From: Marinicella sp.
Lineage (GTDB): Bacteria > Pseudomonadota > Gammaproteobacteria > Xanthomonadales > Marinicellaceae
DNA: 64,000 bases
Direction: 5' to 3'
Assembly: GCA_965230295.1 (NCBI GenBank)
Contig: OZ246001.1
Span: 2,784,001 to 2,848,000, forward strand
Shown here: positions 58,738 to 64,000 of the stretch, piece by piece
Layout of the letters: each line of letters starts with the position of its first letter
Numbering within the stretch: the stretch's first letter is position 1
Notes under the pieces: model-generated
The model's database searches: none
Told to the model about the DNA's origin: nothing
Seen by the model: the letters and a program-made list of their open reading frames with translations, nothing else
Program-made: the position numbers and the translations under genes

Positions 58738-59368
58738 ATGCCTTAATCTGGCCCATCAGTCCCAATGGCCGGCCATCAGGATCATTAAAAAAGGCCATCC
58801 ACTCTTCTGTACCATCTGTATGGGTGTGTACTTTATGTGGTGAATGTGTGAATTCAACGCCTTGTTCTTTGAGATTTTGATGAGTTCCTTTGATGTCATT
58901 TGTTTTGAAATAAATGATGGACTCAGAGCACAGTTGTTCATTCTCAGACAGCATCAAACGCACCCCGTCGACATCAAAGAATGTCATTTTATCAAATGTG
59001 AATAAGTGCTTCAGTCCCAGCACATCGCGGTACCACTTTTCAGCTTTTTCGGCATCAGAAACCGTGCGGCCAACTTGTCCAATGGTCAGGCTTGAATGGA
59101 TTGATTTCATAAGGGTTCTCCGGTGGAAGGCGCTGCCTTTGGGTGCGCCCATGAATTGCAACAAGGATTTTTTATCGGTGACTTGGTTGTCAGGTAAGGT
59201 CTGTAATTTGCTGATGACATTGCCGATGTGGTACTTAACAGCATTGATACTGACTTGTAACTTTTCAGCGATTTGTGGGTTGGTCATGCCATGTTGGGCA
59301 AGACTCACCACCCGCCATTCAGCAGGGGTCAGTATGTCTTGGTGTGGTGGTCTGCCAGTTTTGTTCAT
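58736..59368 (-). CDS. LuxR-type HTH fused to a VOC/glyoxalase domain
   Basis: LTPAEWRVV...GMTNPQIAEKLQVSINAVKYHIGNVISKL, followed by IGQVGRTVSD..KAEKWYRDVLGL...IIYF...WMAFFNDPDGRPLGLM. Confidence 0.85.
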   Translation of the reverse strand: MNKTGRPPHQDILTPAEWRVVSLAQHGMTNPQIAEKLQVSINAVKYHIGNVISKLQTLPDNQVTDKKSLLQFMGAPKGSAFHRRTLMKSIHSSLTIGQVGRTVSDAEKAEKWYRDVLGLKHLFTFDKMTFFDVDGVRLMLSENEQLCSESIIYFKTNDIKGTHQNLKEQGVEFTHSPHKVHTHTDGTEEWMAFFNDPDGRPLGLMGQIKA

Positions 59369-59433
59369 GCCATTATTTTAAACGGCACTTGGGGTAATTT
59401 CCCTACCTGATGGAAATATTTCTGATTGATGAA

Positions 59434-62157
59434 TCAGCGACTGACACCAATTTTAATCAAGGCCTGGTTTTCATCTGTGGTTTGAGTTTGTTCTACAAAT
59501 ATTTTTTCAGCAGCAATTCCAGCGGTTTCAATCAGGTAATTTTTGATGTTGAGGTTTCGTTGATTGACCAGTGCATCAATGACTTCCTGGCTGATGGTTT
59601 GTTCTGCCGCCAAAGTTTGCCACAGAAGATTGAAATCAGTGCCGCTATCAGAAGCATGTTGGTTCAATTGTTCTGCTGTGACTTGCGCGCTGATCCATTG
59701 TGTGGTCGCCGTGTCAGTGAAGTCCAATTGGCTGAACGGTGCTTGCTTCAGTAACTGTTCAGACTGCAGTGCCAAACGGTCAAACCCCGCACCGATATGA
59801 GGATTTAATTGTAAATTCAATTTTGGTTTTTTCTGTAATATTTCTGCAATTTGATTCAGTTTGTTTTGTTCCGATGCCAACAATTCAGCCTGACCCGCCG
59901 TGAATTGAATTTCACTTAAGTTTGGATCAGGATTCGGAATCAGGGCCCCAAGAATTTTAAAAGGCGAGGCCACAATGCTGGTGATCAACTTAAAAAATGC
60001 CTTGCCCACCAAACCACCATAACTGAACTCCGGGTCATTGATGTTGCCTGACACAGGTAAATCAATTTTCATTTCACCGTTCATGTCTCTGAGTAAAGAC
60101 ACGGCCAGCTTCAAAGGCAAATTGACCGCATCGGGTGATTGGGTGCGGTTGCCCAATTTGAATTGTTTGAATAACATGTTGTTCTTACCACGCAATTCAT
60201 TTTTGTTGAGGCTGTATTCTAATTCCAGGTTCAGCTTGCCACCATTGATCGGGAAGGCCAGGTAGGTGGCTGCATAAGGAGAGTAAGCCAACAGGTCCAA
60301 ATCTTCGACCAATACTTTGATGTCTGTGTAAGCCTCTGAACTTAACGGGTTGATCTGTCCTTCAATAGAAAGCGGAGAAAATTGGTTGAATTTACCCGTG
60401 ATTTTCACATCTGCTTTGCTCAGGTTTTCGGATGACAAACCTTTGATGGCGCCGTTCAATTCTGAAATACTGGTGGTGACGCTGGGTTCAATGCTTTGGT
60501 CAATCAAAGCGGTTGACGTGTCTTTGATGTTGATGGCACCCACTTTGATGATCCAGTCACTTGGTCCAGTGTCCTGAGACGTTTCAGTGGCTGTTTCATC
60601 TGTGGTGAGGTTTTGGATGTTGATGTTTTTATCGGCATCTATGATGATGTTGCCTTTGGCTTGGTCAAGATTAATTTGATCAACTATGATGGTTTTGTCT
60701 TGGCTTGAGATGGCGGTGTTACCAATCACCAACTGTGCCACCTCGGCAATGTTCTGGCTGTCCTTATTTTCAATATTGGCTGCTGTCAGTGACAACTCGC
60801 CTGTGATGTTAAAGTTATGATCTTTGATTTCTACAGTTTGTTGGGTATTCAGGGTTCCTTGGGTAAATACCAGACCACTTTGGTCATTGATCCAAGGTGT
60901 GAGTTGTGGCATGGTCAAATCAGTCACCACCCAATTGCTGGTTAATATCAGCGGTTCAATAGATTGTTCGCTGTTAACGGTTACTTGGCCACCTTGAGGC
61001 AAGGTGATTTGACTGGTTAATGCGAAAGGTTGAGCTTGGTTGTTGGTATTGGTCAGTGACAATGCGTCAACTGACACCGGCAGTTCAGCATTGATGGCGT
61101 TGTCAATGAACAACAGCGGCCAGTTTTCAATTTGAACTTCTTTGATGGAAACTTGCCATGCTGGTGAAGAAGTTGGTGACGCTTGGTCAGAATCGGTTGA
61201 ATTTTCTGGGATGGTTAAGGGCCAATTCAACTGCCAATCAGCCTGATTGGACTGTATGGCATCAATGGATATGCTTTGTGTCTCGGTATCAATGATGGCG
61301 GTGGAAAATGAAGCATGAAAATTTTCTGTATGTACTTCATTTTGCCAGCTGCAATTTAAGTCAATAATTTCAACGGTTGAAAGCTTAAATTTTGGTTTGG
61401 TTTTCAGCAGCCAATCCATGTCGCCTTTGGCATGTATAACACCCGCTTCACTGATGAGCATTAAATCATCCGGAATAAATTTATTCAGTGTAGAGGCTTG
61501 CCATCCATTGAACTGCAATTGGCTGTAAACCTTTTGTTGATGGTGGTTGTAATGACCATTCAATGTCAGGACTTCATCGGATTCAGTGGTTAAGGTGATG
61601 TCAAATTGGGTGTCTTCATCTTTTAAACTCAGCTTTTCATGTTGAATTTCGACCCGTTTGAAGTTCAATGAAAAATTTTCTTTGATGTTATCTGCTTTGA
61701 ATTGTAAGGTACCTTGCTCCAATCTGATGTCGTCAATGACCAGATCTATGGCGGTCCCTGTATCCTCACTGGGCTCCAACGATGGAATAGCAGGGATCAC
61801 CACTTGACCTGCTTGGTTGGTTAAGACAGTGATGTTGGGTTTTGTGAGTTGTAAATCAGAAAATTTCCACTCACCCCAGATGAGATTTATGGGGTCAAAA
61901 TTAATCAATGTTGACTCGCTGTTGTACCAGTTTTGTTGATTTTCATCGGTTAAGCTTAAGTCATTGATGGTGGTTGAAAATGTCAGCGGGTTGAACCTCA
62001 CTTCAGACATTCCAGCCTGCATGTTGAATTGTTCACTCAGTTGCAGCTTAATTTGTTGTTGGATGACTTTGGGGAGATAAAAGATACCAATCAACAGATA
62101 GGCAGCAGTCAGTAAAAGTAACCAAAATCGTTTGTATCTATAGAATTTTTTATTCAT
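59434..62157 (-). CDS. DUF748 domain (AsmA-like) envelope protein
   Basis: N-terminal TM anchor, VRFNPLTF, beta-rich repeats, LPLKLAVSLLRD.NGEMKIDLPVSG...P.FS.GG...IVASPF. Confidence 0.85.
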   Translation of the reverse strand: MNKKFYRYKRFWLLLLTAAYLLIGIFYLPKVIQQQIKLQLSEQFNMQAGMSEVRFNPLTFSTTINDLSLTDENQQNWYNSESTLINFDPINLIWGEWKFSDLQLTKPNITVLTNQAGQVVIPAIPSLEPSEDTGTAIDLVIDDIRLEQGTLQFKADNIKENFSLNFKRVEIQHEKLSLKDEDTQFDITLTTESDEVLTLNGHYNHHQQKVYSQLQFNGWQASTLNKFIPDDLMLISEAGVIHAKGDMDWLLKTKPKFKLSTVEIIDLNCSWQNEVHTENFHASFSTAIIDTETQSISIDAIQSNQADWQLNWPLTIPENSTDSDQASPTSSPAWQVSIKEVQIENWPLLFIDNAINAELPVSVDALSLTNTNNQAQPFALTSQITLPQGGQVTVNSEQSIEPLILTSNWVVTDLTMPQLTPWINDQSGLVFTQGTLNTQQTVEIKDHNFNITGELSLTAANIENKDSQNIAEVAQLVIGNTAISSQDKTIIVDQINLDQAKGNIIIDADKNINIQNLTTDETATETSQDTGPSDWIIKVGAINIKDTSTALIDQSIEPSVTTSISELNGAIKGLSSENLSKADVKITGKFNQFSPLSIEGQINPLSSEAYTDIKVLVEDLDLLAYSPYAATYLAFPINGGKLNLELEYSLNKNELRGKNNMLFKQFKLGNRTQSPDAVNLPLKLAVSLLRDMNGEMKIDLPVSGNINDPEFSYGGLVGKAFFKLITSIVASPFKILGALIPNPDPNLSEIQFTAGQAELLASEQNKLNQIAEILQKKPKLNLQLNPHIGAGFDRLALQSEQLLKQAPFSQLDFTDTATTQWISAQVTAEQLNQHASDSGTDFNLLWQTLAAEQTISQEVIDALVNQRNLNIKNYLIETAGIAAEKIFVEQTQTTDENQALIKIGVSR

Positions 62158-62206
62158 CAGAAGTCTTGTTTTCCTTGTTGATCAATCTGCGGTCGTTTGA
62201 TCTAGC

Positions 62207-63154
62207 TTAATTGTATTGGCTTAATATGTGTATCAATTGTTGATGAAAATTTTGCCGCAATGATGCTGGCTTTAAAATTTCTGCTGCAGTTCCTAATCGC
62301 ATCACATCAGCTATCAGCTCCCGATCGTCGTTGTAGGGCACATGTAAGCAGATGTGTCCATCATCCAGACGTTCAATTTTTTGTTTGGAGTGCCAATGTT
62401 CGAACACAGTCCAAGGTGCCTGTTGGGTATTGATCTTTATTTTTGCCGTTAGTTTCATGGGACCGGAAAAAATACCATAACTTTCAGCATAATGGGCCTT
62501 AAGCACTTTGGTAGATACTTTTTTGGCCCTTTCAATGTCAGGTTTGATGGATTGAATCTGTTCCAAAGCAAACAGACGAATACCATCGCGTAAATGACAC
62601 CAGGCATCTAAATACCAGGCATTCTTATAGCTTGTGAGGCGCAGGGGTGATACCAACCTGTGGGTGGTTTGTTGTTGTGATCGGGTCTGGTAATCGATGG
62701 CAATTTTTTTCTCAGTCTGTAACGCCGTCATCACCACCTGAAATACATTGGGGTCAGGTTTTCTGGACAAGGCAGGGATGATTTGGATCAGCCGTCGGTT
62801 TTGAATGCCTTTTTGCTGTAACACTTTATCAATGTTGTCGAGGATGCGCTGCATGGGTTTCTGTAAAGACTCAGACTGTAAATCTTCCAGTAATTGGGCT
62901 GCCATCAACAAGCCTTGTGTTTCTTCGGCATTCAAGCGGATACCTGGTAAATCAAATTGAGAAGAACGCTCATAGAAAACGCCGTTTTCATTGCTCTCAA
63001 TGGGTGCGTTGAACTCGTCTCGCATGGTGGCGATGACTCGGTATACAGTGGCTTGTGAGCACTCAAGTCGTTCCATCAGTTGCTCGATCGCAATGGGTGT
63101 CCGCCGTTCTTTCAGGATCTTGTCCAGTAAATAAATGCGATCGATCTTTTTCAT
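62207..63154 (-). CDS. HTH-WYL-WCX transcriptional regulator (YafY/PafBC/DriD-like)
   Basis: N-terminal HTH (LMERLECSQATVYRVIATMRD), VSPLRL..YKNAWYLDAWCHLRDGIRLFALEQI, YGIFSG, AEILKPASLR. GGAG RBS before ATG 63154. Confidence 0.9.
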   Translation of the reverse strand: MKKIDRIYLLDKILKERRTPIAIEQLMERLECSQATVYRVIATMRDEFNAPIESNENGVFYERSSQFDLPGIRLNAEETQGLLMAAQLLEDLQSESLQKPMQRILDNIDKVLQQKGIQNRRLIQIIPALSRKPDPNVFQVVMTALQTEKKIAIDYQTRSQQQTTHRLVSPLRLTSYKNAWYLDAWCHLRDGIRLFALEQIQSIKPDIERAKKVSTKVLKAHYAESYGIFSGPMKLTAKIKINTQQAPWTVFEHWHSKQKIERLDDGHICLHVPYNDDRELIADVMRLGTAAEILKPASLRQNFHQQLIHILSQYN

Positions 63155-63166
63155 GACCACTCCACG

Positions 63167-64000
63167 TCAGTGTTGTAACTCAGGCAAGTTCTTATACAAG
63201 TCCAAGGCTTCGGGGTTGGCCAGGGCATCGGTGTTGGCGACGGCTTTGCCATGAATCACATCCCTGACTGCGATCTCAACGATTTTTCCGCTGATGGTTT
63301 TGGGAATTTCTGTGACTGCCAGGATTTTGGCAGGCACATGTCTGGGTGTGGTGTTTTTTCTGATGGTTTGACAAATTCTAAGGCGCAAGTCATCATCCAG
63401 GTGATGGCCTGGTTGCATCACCACAAACAGCACGACACGGGTGTCATCTTGCCATTCTTGCCCGACCACAATGGATTCCATGATTTCAGGCAAGGCTTCA
63501 ACTTGTCGATAGATTTCAGCGGTACCAATACGAACACCACCTGGGTTCAGGGTGGTGTCAGAACGGCCATAAATCACCATGCCACCTTGGGCTGTGATTT
63601 CAGCGCGATCAGAATGACACCAAATGTTGTCGTACTTATCGAAATAAGCCGACTTGTATTTGGCATGGTCTTGATCATGCCAAAAATACACCGGCATTGA
63701 AGGGAAGGCTTGATCGCAGGCCAATTCGCCTGGTGCACCGGTAATGCTTTGTCGGTTTTCATCCAAAACCTTGACTGCCATGCCCAACCCCAAGCATTGT
63801 AACTGGCCCGCGTAAACAGGTAAGTTGCTGTTTCCCAGCGCAAAACAAGAACAAATGTCGGTGCCGCCAGATATGGATGACAGGCAGATATCTTGCTTGA
63901 CATCCCGGTATATATATTCAAAACTCTCGGGCATCAGTGGCGAACCGGTAGAAAAGATCGTTTCCAGGGTATTCAGTTGGTGTGATCGTGCTGGCACAAT
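63167..64000 (-). CDS. Acetoacetate--CoA ligase (3' part; gene extends beyond the window)
   Basis: STGSPL, LSSISGGTDICSCF, PFPSMPV-like AFPSMPVYFW, GRSDTTLNPGGVRIGTAEIY, TPRHVPAKI, IPKTISGKIVE, ALANPEAL. Confidence 0.92.
   Translation of the reverse strand: MVPARSHQLNTLETIFSTGSPLMPESFEYIYRDVKQDICLSSISGGTDICSCFALGNSNLPVYAGQLQCLGLGMAVKVLDENRQSITGAPGELACDQAFPSMPVYFWHDQDHAKYKSAYFDKYDNIWCHSDRAEITAQGGMVIYGRSDTTLNPGGVRIGTAEIYRQVEALPEIMESIVVGQEWQDDTRVVLFVVMQPGHHLDDDLRLRICQTIRKNTTPRHVPAKILAVTEIPKTISGKIVEIAVRDVIHGKAVANTDALANPEALDLYKNLPELQH

Noticed and set aside
62207-63154. Anti-phage defence island signalled by the WYL gene
   Set aside because: No nuclease, ATPase, methylase, toxin or cas genes nearby.

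Overview
Chromosomal 64-kb segment of a moderately AT-rich gammaproteobacterium. A marine Marinicella/Xanthomonadales-like lineage is my inference from gene style and the yidD-dksA-prfB-lysS order. Housekeeping genes (fabR, nfuA, cnoX/ybbN, gltX, the mmsA-to-mmsB valine catabolism operon, catalase, yidD, dksA, prfB with a +1 frameshift, lysS, ppnN, acetoacetate-CoA ligase) are interleaved with many secreted or accessory proteins. I found no rRNA, tRNA, CRISPR, integrase, transposase or attC site. Main points of interest: (1) three unrelated secreted proteins end in the same short tail DLI[FY]xx[DN]F[DEN], a candidate uncharacterised C-terminal sorting or anchoring signal; (2) a LuxR-TPR regulator sits beside two convergent genes (a permuted papain-like C92 enzyme and an unknown beta-rich protein) that share an identically placed upstream operator; (3) a TolC channel is fused to an ABC-type substrate-binding domain in an RND operon; (4) an AAC(3)-I-like gene and an IMP/DIM-like B1 metallo-beta-lactamase lie directly behind gltX without integron context; (5) an Asp-box beta-propeller carries tandem VHL-beta-like domains; (6) a LuxR-VOC fusion has an internal start; (7) ppnN and mmsA have structured leaders. 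All family calls come from motif recognition by eye, not database searches.
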